DNA of 64,000 nucleotides. It comes from Candidatus Aminicenantales bacterium. Lineage in GTDB: Bacteria; Acidobacteriota; Aminicenantia; Aminicenantales; UBA4085. The stretch covers positions 1 through 64,000 of the forward strand of contig JBEKTZ010000004.1 of assembly GCA_049515535.1 (NCBI GenBank), given 5' to 3'. This document shows, piece by piece, positions 36,097 to 45,631 of this stretch. A program made the position numbers and the translations under genes. Each line of letters starts with the position of its first letter. The stretch's first letter is position 1. The notes under the pieces are model-generated. The model made no database searches. It saw nothing but the letters and a program-made list of their open reading frames with translations, and was not told the DNA's origin.

Positions 36097-36722
36097 AAAG
36101 CCTAAAGAACTGGCTCTGGCTCCTGGTCTTCGGCTCTTTGTGGGGGATCATGGAAGTTGTCGGCGGTGAAGCGTTTTTCAGGAACAATGTCCCTCATGCC
36201 TCGGTCTGGCTTTCGGGCTGGGCGTTTCTCCTGCTCGCGACCGCGCGCGGAATCGTCAATAAACCGGGCTCGTCCACGGTCATCGGCGCCACGGCCACGC
36301 TCTTCAAGCTGGTCTACGCGGCGCCTTATTTCTGCCATCTCCTCGGGATCTTTTACATCGGCCTCGTCTTCGATATCGGGGCCACGCTCTGGATGAAGAA
36401 CGTCAAAAAATTCTCCTGGCGCAGCTTGCTGACCGGAATCGTCACGGCCTACGGCGGCTACGCCCTGTTCGCGGTCACCATCGCCTATATCGCCAAATTC
36501 GAGCCGTGGCTGTCGGCTGGGACGCCGAATTTGCCGAAGGTCCTGAACCACATTTTCTCCGGAGGCAGCCTGGCCGCGCTGACGGCCCTCGTCCTCGTTC
36601 CCCTCGGTTTCAAAATCGGATGGGGCAGCGAATCCGCCGTCGAACGTCGATCGAAGTGGGCCATGGCCGGGGCTTTGATCGTCCTCGCCGTTCTCTGGAC
36701 GCTCGGCAAATTCATCAGCTGA
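36093..36722 (+). CDS. About 6-TM membrane protein, ECF S-component-like
   Basis: 209 aa hydrophobic; FGSLWGIME, ARGIVNKPGSSTVIG; AAGGAGG RBS. Confidence 0.6.
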   Translation: MKSLKNWLWLLVFGSLWGIMEVVGGEAFFRNNVPHASVWLSGWAFLLLATARGIVNKPGSSTVIGATATLFKLVYAAPYFCHLLGIFYIGLVFDIGATLWMKNVKKFSWRSLLTGIVTAYGGYALFAVTIAYIAKFEPWLSAGTPNLPKVLNHIFSGGSLAALTALVLVPLGFKIGWGSESAVERRSKWAMAGALIVLAVLWTLGKFIS

Positions 36723-36784
36723 AAAAAAGAGGCGACGCATCCCCGTCTTTCGAAAACGGGATGCGCGCATGAGTTTTGGCTCTC

Positions 36785-37417
36785 ATGAAGAACTTTGAAA
36801 AGGATTTTTTTCTGAAGCGCGACCTGGCCGTTCTGGCCGCGCTCAGCGAAAGCACGGTGGGCATCGCCGGCGCCGGAGGCCTGGGGTCGAATATCGCCGC
36901 GACCCTGGCCCGGGCCGGCGTCGGCAAGCTGATCATTGCGGATTATGACGTTCTGGAAGCGCCCGATCTCAATCGCCAATGCTATTTCGTCGACCAGATC
37001 GGAAAGCCGAAAGTGGAAGCTCTTCTGGAAAACCTGACCAAAATGAATCCCTTTTCGATGTACGAAATCCATAATATTAAAATCGATCGGGAGAACGTGA
37101 AGAGGATCTTCGGCCCGGCGGATCTCCTGATCGAGGCGTTCGACATGGCCGACCAGAAACAGATGCTGATCGAAGCGTGGCTGACGCACTTTCCCGAAAA
37201 ACCCGTCATCGCGGCCTCGGGGCTGGCAGGCTACGGCGGCAACAACCGGCTGCGACAGAGAAGAGTGGGACAGCTTTATATCTGCGGGGATGAATCCAGT
37301 GAATGCGATGTTTGCACGGCCCCCATGGCTCCGCGCGTCAACATCGTGGCCAACATGCAGGCGAACCTGGCGGTGGAACTCTTGGTCAAAATGAGAAGGG
37401 CGCATGTTCAAGGTTAA
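36785..37417 (+). CDS. thiF: ThiF/MoeB-family adenylyltransferase
   Basis: GIAGAGGLGS, DLNRQ, EAFD, MAPRVNIVANMQAN. Confidence 0.85.
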   Translation: MKNFEKDFFLKRDLAVLAALSESTVGIAGAGGLGSNIAATLARAGVGKLIIADYDVLEAPDLNRQCYFVDQIGKPKVEALLENLTKMNPFSMYEIHNIKIDRENVKRIFGPADLLIEAFDMADQKQMLIEAWLTHFPEKPVIAASGLAGYGGNNRLRQRRVGQLYICGDESSECDVCTAPMAPRVNIVANMQANLAVELLVKMRRAHVQG

Positions 37418-37538
37418 CGAATACTTCGACAGCGGCTGGGGCCCCGGGCTTTGCCCGGGGGTCCACTTCCGCCGCGAAGGCTCGTCCCTTGACGGCCGCG
37501 TAAAATCCCTGGCTTTCTCGACGTCCGAGGGGCCGGCT
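37404..37538 (+). pseudogene. ppnP: ppnP (YaiE-like) 5' remnant with a 63-bp palindromic insertion
   Basis: MFKVNEYFD-[insert]-GRVKSLAFSTSEGPA, then truncated at the ALDH stop. Confidence 0.7.
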
Positions 37539-39109
37539 CAAATGTCCTTTTGCGTCCATGAGCCGTCGATCAGCCTCCACATGCTTCCCGTCGGGTTTTT
37601 GTCCCGGAGTTCGGGCGGAAGGCGGTCCTGGCGAACGTTATCATAGCCATGGAGGGCGGTGAACCGGAGCATCGAGCCGGGAATGCCGACGGAGGTGAAC
37701 CCCGGATGCCCGGTCGCGGGAAAAGGGCCGCCATGAACCATGGCCGGCGTGACGGCGACGCCCGTGGGCATTTTATCGTTGAGCAGCCGCCCGGCCTTGA
37801 AGCGCAGGATCGGTTCGAGCCGGGCATAGAGCGCGTCGTCGGCGCCGGAGGCGTAAACGCTGACCGTCAGGGTTCCGTCGAGCGCTTTGGCGATATCCAG
37901 CAGTTGCTCGACATCACGGGCCGAGACGACAAGAGAGACCGGGCCGAAAGCTTCCCGCTGCATGTCTTCCGCCTTCTTGATAAAAGCATCGCCGGAGACC
38001 CGAAGCAGAGTGTTGGCGAAGCGAAAACCGGGGCCTTCGAGCGGTATCCCGCCGGTCAAGATCTCCGCGCCGGATCTTGTCATGATCTCGAGCGTTTTTT
38101 TGATTCCCTCGAGCGCGTTCGGCCCCAATAAAAATCCGGAAGGCGATGGCCTGAAATTTCGGCGGGCGGATTCGATGAACGCTTCCCCGCTTTCGTCCCG
38201 GAGAACGACGACCAACCCCGGCTTGGTGCAGAATTGCCCGGCGCTCATTTCGCACGAATGGAAAAGCTCGGACGCGATCTTTTCGGTTTTTTCTTTCGCG
38301 GCTCCCGGAAGGATGAAGATCGGGTTGACGCTCGACATTTCCAGGTAAATCGGCCGGCCTCCCAAATCGGCGGCTTGTTTCAGGCGAAGTCCCGCCGGCC
38401 GGCTTCCCGTGAACGCCGTCGCGCCGAGCCGCGGATGGGACACGAGCTTGAAGCCGTCTTCGGGCCGCAGGTGATAGATCAACTGGACCGTCGCCGGCGG
38501 CAATCCGCATTTTATGAGACCTGCGTGGGCGATCTCGGCGAAAATCCGCGTCGTGCCGGGATGGCCGGGATTGGCTTTGGCGATGACCGGGTTTCCGGCC
38601 GCGATCGCCGCGGCGAAATCTCCGCCGCCGGCCGAATTGAAGGCGAACGGAAAATTGTTCGGACCGAACACGGCGACCGGGCCGCCGAGGGCGCCGTATT
38701 TCGAGCGGATGTTGAGTCGCGTGTCGATCGTTGCCCGGCACCAGGAGCGGTCGCGGACGGCGGACGCGGCCTGATGAAGCTGATCCGTCGTCCGGGGAAG
38801 TTCGGTCAGCCGGAGCCTCGGTTCTTCGGGGAGGGCGGTTTCTCTATGGGCCGTTTCGACCAGTTCTTCGTTCCGTTCGAGGATTTTCGAAGCGAATAGA
38901 TCCAGGAAATCGGCAAGACTCTCGGGCGGCGTTTTGATCAATCCGGGGATGGAGCCGTGCGCCGCGTCGAGGGCGGCCTCGACGTCGGCGGTACTCGAAA
39001 TCGGGTAAACGTCGTCGCCGGCCTCTCCCGTGGCCGGATTAATCGCCCGGAAGGCGCCGGCGGGGTTTTGCGCCTGCCGCCATTCCCCGCCGATGAGAAG
39101 GCTTTTCAT
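37538..39109 (-). CDS. Aldehyde dehydrogenase (KGSADH-like)
   Basis: VFGPNNFPFAF..GGDFA, FTGS, EMSSVNP, GQFCTKPG, EAFGP, HGGPFPAT. Confidence 0.9.
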   Translation of the reverse strand: MKSLLIGGEWRQAQNPAGAFRAINPATGEAGDDVYPISSTADVEAALDAAHGSIPGLIKTPPESLADFLDLFASKILERNEELVETAHRETALPEEPRLRLTELPRTTDQLHQAASAVRDRSWCRATIDTRLNIRSKYGALGGPVAVFGPNNFPFAFNSAGGGDFAAAIAAGNPVIAKANPGHPGTTRIFAEIAHAGLIKCGLPPATVQLIYHLRPEDGFKLVSHPRLGATAFTGSRPAGLRLKQAADLGGRPIYLEMSSVNPIFILPGAAKEKTEKIASELFHSCEMSAGQFCTKPGLVVVLRDESGEAFIESARRNFRPSPSGFLLGPNALEGIKKTLEIMTRSGAEILTGGIPLEGPGFRFANTLLRVSGDAFIKKAEDMQREAFGPVSLVVSARDVEQLLDIAKALDGTLTVSVYASGADDALYARLEPILRFKAGRLLNDKMPTGVAVTPAMVHGGPFPATGHPGFTSVGIPGSMLRFTALHGYDNVRQDRLPPELRDKNPTGSMWRLIDGSWTQKDI

Positions 39110-39333
39110 CCGCCTGAGTAAATGGGGGAAATCGCGATTTTGTCGCCCTCTTCCAAAGGCTCGCCGGGAGCGACGGCTTTTCCGTTGCGCGTCACGATCT
39201 TCGGCCGCTGCCGCGATATCTTGATCAAATCGATGAGCGCATCGGCGGTCGTCGCGGCCGGGATCTCGATCTCTTTTTCGCTGAACCCCGCTTCGTACAT
39301 CAGCGGGCCGATCATCTTGATTTTTATTTTCAT
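39106..39333 (-). CDS. MoaD/ThiS sulfur carrier
   Basis: Beta-grasp-like, C-terminal SGG; coupled to the AOR and ALDH genes. Confidence 0.9.
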   Translation of the reverse strand: MKIKIKMIGPLMYEAGFSEKEIEIPAATTADALIDLIKISRQRPKIVTRNGKAVAPGEPLEEGDKIAISPIYSGG

Positions 39334-41168
39334 GTCAAATGAGCGTATTTTTCCGCTTCGGCCGCTTCCCGGAGGAGGTCGAGTTTCTTCAATGTTTCTT
39401 TGGTCGGAATGCCTCGGCGATCATAGCCCCGCTGGTCGTAGTAATGCTGAAGGAGGCCGTCGTATTTTTCGGCGTCGAGGACCTGGCCGGCGATGGGGCC
39501 TTCGGTATCGGCGTTGAGAGGGTCGAACCAGACGGCCGGCGGGAAATCCGCTTTGCGGGTGACATCGGGGAACTCGCGAAGGAAATGGAGCTTGATCATG
39601 GCGTAGATCCTGTCGGCTGTCGTCCACATATCCTCGAGACCCCAGTTCAATCCGGTGGCGGTATTGAAGTACTTGGGATAATTTTCCAACGGCCAGCCCA
39701 GCTCGATCCAGGGGAAGCGGCAGGCGACCATGAACTCGAACATGCCGCCGCGGATGCGCTGGAGCTCGATGACCTTGGCCGCTTTCTCCGGTCCGTAGGA
39801 TTCCCGAGTCGTGTTCTTGATCTCGAAGGTGATGATCCAGGCCTCCCGGTGGTGGGCGCCGATGGCGGCGACGCCGAAGGCCAACGCCTGTCCGGGGATG
39901 AACTTGCAGTTGTAGGCCGCCACTTCGAGACCCTTGACCTGCATGGCGTAAGCCTCGGAGCCGCGGCCGAATTCCCGGGCCATGCGCAGCGATCCCTCGG
40001 CCAGCAGGTTTCCGAGCTTGCCCTCGCGGTGGGCGGCCAGCCGAAGGAGTTCCTTGGCCCGTTCGGCGTCGCCGAACTTGAAGTCGCCGCTCGTCGCGCC
40101 GTGGTCGATGGCGTCGGCGTAGAAGCTGAGGACGCAGCCGGCTGACATCGTGTCCAATCCGTACTCGTCGCAAAGATAGTTCAAGGACCCGACTTGAGGC
40201 AGGTCGAAGATCTCCAGGTTCGCGCCGAGGAGACCGATGTTCTCGTAGTCGAGTTCGGACTCATGACCTTCCTTATCGTGGATCGTGATTCCGCAGCGCA
40301 TCGTGCAGTTGGGACAGCCGTACGTGGCGATGCGCGCGGCGTTCAAACGCTCGCCGTCGATCTTCCAGGCGTCGGGGTGATGGGTCTTCCGGAAGTTGCG
40401 GACGGGGAGACCGGCCACTTCATTGCAGAAGGAGAGGACGCCGGTCGTGCTCTGGATGGACCAGCCCGTTTGCTTGTCGATCTGTTGAACCTTTTTCAAG
40501 TCGCCGGTTCCCAGGGCTTTCATGGCCTGCGGATCGGCCTGGGGAATCGGTTTCGTGCCCTTGACGACGATGGCCTTGAGGAGTTTGGAGCCCATGACCG
40601 CCCCCATCCCCGGGCGGCCTCCGGCGCGCCCTTCCAGGCTGCGCACGACGGCATAGCGGTTGAGGTTCTCGCCGCCTTGGCCGATGTTCAGGACGCCGAC
40701 GCCCTTGCCGTACCTGCCGTAAATCCAATCGTTCGTCGCGTAGGTGCCCTGTCCCCAGACCTCGTCGGCCGGCAGGAACTCGACCTTGTCGTCTTCGATA
40801 TAAAGCATGGTCGGCCGGTCGGCCTTGCCTTCAACGATCAGGACGTCATAGCCGGCCTTCCGGAGTTGTTCGGACACGCGCGTGCCGAGGTTGCCGTCGC
40901 CGTAGAATCCCGTCAAGGGCGATTTGGCGGCGACGACCGCCTTGCCGGTGTTGGGGGCGGGGATGCCGGCGATCGGTCCCAGAGCGACGATAAACTTGTT
41001 GTCGGGGCCGAGCGGATCGACCCCCGGTTTGAGCTCGTCGTAAAGGATTTTAACGGCAAAGCCCCTGCCGCCGACCCATTTCTTGGCGAAATCTTCGTTG
41101 AAGGATTCCTTTTTATGGCTTTTTGCGGATAAATTGACCCTGAGAATATGGCCGGTCCAACCGTACAT
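39330..41168 (-). CDS. aor: Aldehyde ferredoxin oxidoreductase family (tungstopterin) enzyme
   Basis: GWTGHILRVNLS, KSPLTG, GRAGGRPGMGAVMGSKLLKA, CPNCTMRC, DEYGLDT, VKGLE. Confidence 0.93.
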   Translation of the reverse strand: MYGWTGHILRVNLSAKSHKKESFNEDFAKKWVGGRGFAVKILYDELKPGVDPLGPDNKFIVALGPIAGIPAPNTGKAVVAAKSPLTGFYGDGNLGTRVSEQLRKAGYDVLIVEGKADRPTMLYIEDDKVEFLPADEVWGQGTYATNDWIYGRYGKGVGVLNIGQGGENLNRYAVVRSLEGRAGGRPGMGAVMGSKLLKAIVVKGTKPIPQADPQAMKALGTGDLKKVQQIDKQTGWSIQSTTGVLSFCNEVAGLPVRNFRKTHHPDAWKIDGERLNAARIATYGCPNCTMRCGITIHDKEGHESELDYENIGLLGANLEIFDLPQVGSLNYLCDEYGLDTMSAGCVLSFYADAIDHGATSGDFKFGDAERAKELLRLAAHREGKLGNLLAEGSLRMAREFGRGSEAYAMQVKGLEVAAYNCKFIPGQALAFGVAAIGAHHREAWIITFEIKNTTRESYGPEKAAKVIELQRIRGGMFEFMVACRFPWIELGWPLENYPKYFNTATGLNWGLEDMWTTADRIYAMIKLHFLREFPDVTRKADFPPAVWFDPLNADTEGPIAGQVLDAEKYDGLLQHYYDQRGYDRRGIPTKETLKKLDLLREAAEAEKYAHLT

Positions 41169-41326
41169 TCATGAACCTCCGGGCGCGTAAAAAACTCAAA
41201 TATGAGTTTCTTATATTGGATATCATAGGCATGGATTTTAGTCAATGCGACTCAGCCCAAAATTGACGCCGGCTTTTCAACGTGGTATATACACCAAGGC
41301 TATTTCACCGCTGAAAACAGAATATC

Positions 41327-42412
41327 ATGCCCAACATAGCTCCGGAACCTGTCTTAAGGATCATCCTGGGACTGGCGGCGGTCGCCCTCATGGTTTTTGT
41401 TCTTCCTTTTCTCGTGAAGAAAATCGAGAAAAATCTCGAAGCGTTTTTCCTGGTGATGGGAGTGCTCGCGGTCTCCATTTCCGGACTCTGGAGCCGCGGA
41501 TTGGTCGTTGAAGCGCTGAAGGCGCCGGTCATGATCGGCGCCTTCCCGATAGGCATCGTCCAGGTCGTGCTCGCGGTCGGACTTCTCATCCATTATTTCA
41601 ACGCCCCTTTTTGCGAGGCGATATTAAGGCTGGCCGCCAAACTCGGCCACCGGTGGTTCCTTTTCTCGTTGATCGCGGTGTTCGGCTTGTTGTCGAGCAT
41701 CATCTCCGTCATCCTGACCGCCTGTCTCTTGGCGGAGATCGCGGCGGCTCTTCCCCTGTCGAAAGACCACAAGATCAAACTGACGGTCGTCACCTGTTTC
41801 GCCGTGGGGCTCGGCGCCTGCCTGACGCCGCTCGGTGAGCCCTTATCGACGATTTTGGTTTCGAAGCTGGCCGGACCTCCTTTCCACGCCGGTTTCTTTT
41901 TTCCCCTGCGTTTTTTTGGCTTCTATATAATCCCCGGAGTCATCGCGATCGCCCTATTCGGAGCCCTTTGGCTCGGCCCGAAAATAACTCTTAAAAAAGA
42001 AGGGCACATCGTGGAATACGAGGAAACCCTATGGACGATCGTCGTCCGGGCTCTCAAAGTCTATGTTTTTATCGGGGCCTTGGTTTTGCTCGGCGAGGGT
42101 TTCCGGCCGCTCGTCGTCTGGTATTTCGCGAAAATCGCCCCGGGCGTCCTCTATTGGTGCAACATGGTCTCGGCCGTCCTGGACAACGCCACTCTCACTG
42201 CCATTGAAATCGGCCCCGCCCTGAATCTCCCCCAGATCATCGGTATCATCATGGGTTTATCGATTGCCGGAGGGATGCTCATTCCCGGGAATATCCCGAA
42301 TATCGTGGCCGCGGGCCGGCTGAAGATAAGCATGAAAGAGTGGGCCGTCGTCGGCATTCCCGTCGGCTTGGCGATCATGGCCGTCTTTTTCGTCATTCTT
42401 TATATTCTTTGA
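41327..42412 (+). CDS. DUF1646-like membrane protein
   Basis: EKNLEAFF, LTPLGEPLST, LDNATL, GGMLIPGNIPNI. Confidence 0.8.
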   Translation: MPNIAPEPVLRIILGLAAVALMVFVLPFLVKKIEKNLEAFFLVMGVLAVSISGLWSRGLVVEALKAPVMIGAFPIGIVQVVLAVGLLIHYFNAPFCEAILRLAAKLGHRWFLFSLIAVFGLLSSIISVILTACLLAEIAAALPLSKDHKIKLTVVTCFAVGLGACLTPLGEPLSTILVSKLAGPPFHAGFFFPLRFFGFYIIPGVIAIALFGALWLGPKITLKKEGHIVEYEETLWTIVVRALKVYVFIGALVLLGEGFRPLVVWYFAKIAPGVLYWCNMVSAVLDNATLTAIEIGPALNLPQIIGIIMGLSIAGGMLIPGNIPNIVAAGRLKISMKEWAVVGIPVGLAIMAVFFVILYIL

Positions 42413-42434
42413 GGAACTCGCCGTCTGAATACTC

Positions 42435-42502
42435 GTGACGATCCATCTTGCCTTCCTCGTCTTGGAAACTGGACTAAGGTCAGTGACCATCCATCTTGCC
42501 TT
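42435..42502 (+). repeat. 20-bp direct repeat pair
   Basis: GTGAC(G/C)ATCCATCTTGCCTT at 42435 and 42483. Confidence 0.8.
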
Positions 42503-42633
42503 GAAAAGGACTTTTTTGTTAAAATGCTCCGTGGGAAGAGGTTCTAAATAACCTAAAAGACACATATTTTTCCTGCCCATGATATTTCTCCATCGTCGAT
42601 CAAGCGGAGATACGAGTTTAAAGAAGAACGGAC

Positions 42634-44607
42634 ATGAACGAAGAGAACGGCCATAAGTTGACCGGCATACTCAGGAACACGCTCATTGGGAAGCCGAGGA
42701 ACATCAAAGATCCGACGCTGTTCCATAAGCTGGCCCTTATCCCCATCCTGGCCTGGATCGGCCTGGGCGCGGACGGATTGTCCTCGGCCTCCTACGGGCC
42801 CGAAGAAGCGTTCAAAACCCTGGGCCGACACACCTATCTGGCCGTCTTTCTGGCTTTGGCCACGGCCATGACGGTATTCATCATCTCTTATGCCTATTCC
42901 CGCATCATCGAGTATTTCCCCTCGGGCGGCGGCGGTTATATCGTCGCTACGCATACCCTTGGCGAGAGAGCGGGAGTGATTTCGGGTTCGGCTCTGCTCG
43001 TCGATTATATGCTGACGATCACGGTCTCGATCGTGTCCTGCGGCGACGCGATCTTCAGCTTTTTCCCGCCTGCCTATCAATCGTACAAGGTGCCCTTCGA
43101 GATCATCGCCATCATTTTTTTGGTCATTATCAACCTGCGCGGAATCCGGGAATCGGTGACCATCCTGGCGCCCATCTTCGTTGTTTTCGTCCTGACGCAT
43201 GTCGTTTTAATCGGCTACGGCATTTTTTCTCACATCCCCCAGATCGTGCCTCTGGTTCACGACGTCCATGCGGGTTTCAAGGGTGGTTTGGCGACGCTCG
43301 GCGCGGGAGGAATGTTCTTTCTCTTCATCCGGGCCTTTTCCATGGGCGGAGGAACCTACACGGGGATCGAGGCCGTTTCGAACGGCCTTCAGATCATGCG
43401 CGAGCCGCGCGTTCACAACGGCAAACGGACGATGATTTATCTGTCCTCGTCATTGGCCGTCACGGCCGGCGGCATCCTGATCTGCTATCTTCTCCTGAAC
43501 GTCCATGCGGTGGAGGGACGGACGCTCAACGCCGTGCTGGCGAGCGCTCTCTTCGGCAAGTGGAGTTTCGGGCCCGTCCTCGCTCTGATCACGATCTTTT
43601 CCGAAGGAGCGCTTCTTCTCGTCGCGGCGCAGACGGGCTTTGTGGACGGTCCGCGGGTCATGGCCAACATGGCCGTAGATTACTGGTTTCCGCACCGATT
43701 CGCCTCGCTCTCCGACCGGTTCACGATCCAAAACGGCGTGATGCTCATGGGCGGCGCGGCGGTTTGTCTCCTTCTCTATGCTCACGGCCGCATATCGACG
43801 CTGATCGTCATGTATTCGATCAACGTCTTTCTGACTTTTTCGCTGTCCGAGTTCGGCATGTCCCGTTTCTTCATCAAGAACAGGAAAAAAGAGATCCATT
43901 GGAAAAAGCACCTGCCCGTCCACTTGACGGGTTTGACTTTGTGCTTGACCATCCTGATCATCACGTCTTTTGAAAAATTCGCGGTCGGCGGCTGGTTGAC
44001 CCTGCTGATCACCTCCTTCGTGATCGTCTTGTGCTATATGACCAGGGCCCATTACAACAAGGTCCGCGGCGGCGTCCGGGAGCTGGACGATCTCCTTTTG
44101 AACATCCCGACGAAAGGCCCGATCAACACCAAGCCGCTGAATGCCAAGGACATGACGGCCATCCAGCTCGTCAACGGCTACAACGGTTTCGGCGTCCATA
44201 CCCTGCTGTCGATCATCCGCAGTTTCCGCGGGCTTTATAAGAACTTCATCTTCGTCTCGGTCGCCGAGGTCGATGTCGGCTCGTTCAAAGGAACGGAGGC
44301 CGTGTCCAACCTCGAGGGTTCGACGAGCGACACGCTTCGGAAATATGTCGAATTGGCCAGGAAGCTCGGCTTCGCGGCGGATTTCCAATACGACCTCGGG
44401 ACGGACATCGTCCAGACCGCGAGCCGGCTCATCGAGACGATCGTCGTGAAATACCCGAATTCGACGGTCTTCGCCGGACAATCGGTCTTCCGCCAGCCGA
44501 GCATCATTCACCGGCTCCTGCACAACGAAACGGCCTTCGCCATCCAGCAGGAGCTGAGATGGAAAGGGATCACGGCCGTGATCCTGCCCATCCGCATCAA
44601 TATCTAA
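42634..44607 (+). CDS. APC-family permease, KimA/YdaO-like potassium transporter
   Basis: DGLSSASYGPEE, YTGIEAVSNG; soluble C-domain ending LLHNETA. Confidence 0.82.
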   Translation: MNEENGHKLTGILRNTLIGKPRNIKDPTLFHKLALIPILAWIGLGADGLSSASYGPEEAFKTLGRHTYLAVFLALATAMTVFIISYAYSRIIEYFPSGGGGYIVATHTLGERAGVISGSALLVDYMLTITVSIVSCGDAIFSFFPPAYQSYKVPFEIIAIIFLVIINLRGIRESVTILAPIFVVFVLTHVVLIGYGIFSHIPQIVPLVHDVHAGFKGGLATLGAGGMFFLFIRAFSMGGGTYTGIEAVSNGLQIMREPRVHNGKRTMIYLSSSLAVTAGGILICYLLLNVHAVEGRTLNAVLASALFGKWSFGPVLALITIFSEGALLLVAAQTGFVDGPRVMANMAVDYWFPHRFASLSDRFTIQNGVMLMGGAAVCLLLYAHGRISTLIVMYSINVFLTFSLSEFGMSRFFIKNRKKEIHWKKHLPVHLTGLTLCLTILIITSFEKFAVGGWLTLLITSFVIVLCYMTRAHYNKVRGGVRELDDLLLNIPTKGPINTKPLNAKDMTAIQLVNGYNGFGVHTLLSIIRSFRGLYKNFIFVSVAEVDVGSFKGTEAVSNLEGSTSDTLRKYVELARKLGFAADFQYDLGTDIVQTASRLIETIVVKYPNSTVFAGQSVFRQPSIIHRLLHNETAFAIQQELRWKGITAVILPIRINI

Positions 44608-44619
44608 AGGAGAGTCCTC

Positions 44620-44844
44620 ATGGCCGCCAAAAGACTTCACCGATCCCTGAAACACAAAATGATCGGAGGCATTTGCGCCGGTTTGGCCGAGTATTTCGAT
44701 CTCGACGTCTCGCTCGTCCGCCTGGCGTTCGTCGGGATCATGATCGTCAGCGCGCTTTTTCCGATGTTCCTTTTTTATGTCATCGCCTGGATCGTGATTC
44801 CGGTCGAAGCCAGACCCGCGCCGACCGAAGGGAAGGGCGAATAG
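44620..44844 (+). CDS. PspC-domain protein
   Basis: LHRS...MIGGICAGLAEYF..FYVIAWIVIP. Confidence 0.9.
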   Translation: MAAKRLHRSLKHKMIGGICAGLAEYFDLDVSLVRLAFVGIMIVSALFPMFLFYVIAWIVIPVEARPAPTEGKGE

Positions 44845-44908
44845 CCACCGCGGGAATTGACTTCAGGGAGGAACCGCGATATAAGGGGAGCGTTTTCAAC
44901 GGGATGTC

Positions 44909-45580
44909 ATGAAGGAAATCGGAGATATCGAATTCAAGCACATCGCCCTGGAGGGCGTGTTCAAGTCCGGCAAGACGAAGCTCGCCGGCCTTCTGGCCCA
45001 GAGGCTCGGCGGAAAGGTCATCCTGGACAAGCCGGAAAATCCCTATCTCAAGGATTTTTACGACGAGAAAGAAGGGGCGGCGTTTCTTGCCCAGCTCGTT
45101 TTTCTCGTCAACCGCTACCATCAGCAGGCCCGCCTCGTCCAGAGGGACTTGTTCGAGGAACGGATCCTGTGCGACTACATTTTCGAAAAGGACAAGATTT
45201 ACGCCTACCAAACGCTGACCGACGACGAGCTCGTCGTCTACGAAAAGATCTTCGGCGTTCTCGCGGAGCGCATTCCGAAACCCGATCTCGTGGTCTATCT
45301 GCAAATCGCGCTGCCGACCATGGCCAAGCGGATCGCCAAAGACGGCAGTCCCCTGGAAAAAAATATTTCGGAGAAATATCTTCAGGATCTGATCGAGGCT
45401 TATGATTATTTTTTCTTCAATTATCAGGCGACGCCGCTGCTCGTCATCAAGTCCGACGAATTGGACCCGGGGCGGGAAGCGGACCTCGATGATATTCTCG
45501 AACAGATCCGCCAGATGAAAAAGGCGTCTCTGTTCTATGTCCCGCCGAGCTACGGGGGACGAGACGCGCGAAGAAAATGA
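44909..45580 (+). CDS. Deoxynucleoside kinase family protein
   Basis: IALEGVFKSGKT, ENPYL.DFY, PKPDLVVYL. Confidence 0.88.
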   Translation: MKEIGDIEFKHIALEGVFKSGKTKLAGLLAQRLGGKVILDKPENPYLKDFYDEKEGAAFLAQLVFLVNRYHQQARLVQRDLFEERILCDYIFEKDKIYAYQTLTDDELVVYEKIFGVLAERIPKPDLVVYLQIALPTMAKRIAKDGSPLEKNISEKYLQDLIEAYDYFFFNYQATPLLVIKSDELDPGREADLDDILEQIRQMKKASLFYVPPSYGGRDARRK

Positions 45581-45631
45581 GCTTTACCCCAATCCCGTGA
45601 TGCAAGACGGGATGGGGAGAAAGGACGGACC

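Noticed and set aside
42412..42634. c-di-AMP (ydaO) riboswitch or mini-CRISPR
   Set aside because: No recognisable ydaO motifs; only two short repeats and no cas genes
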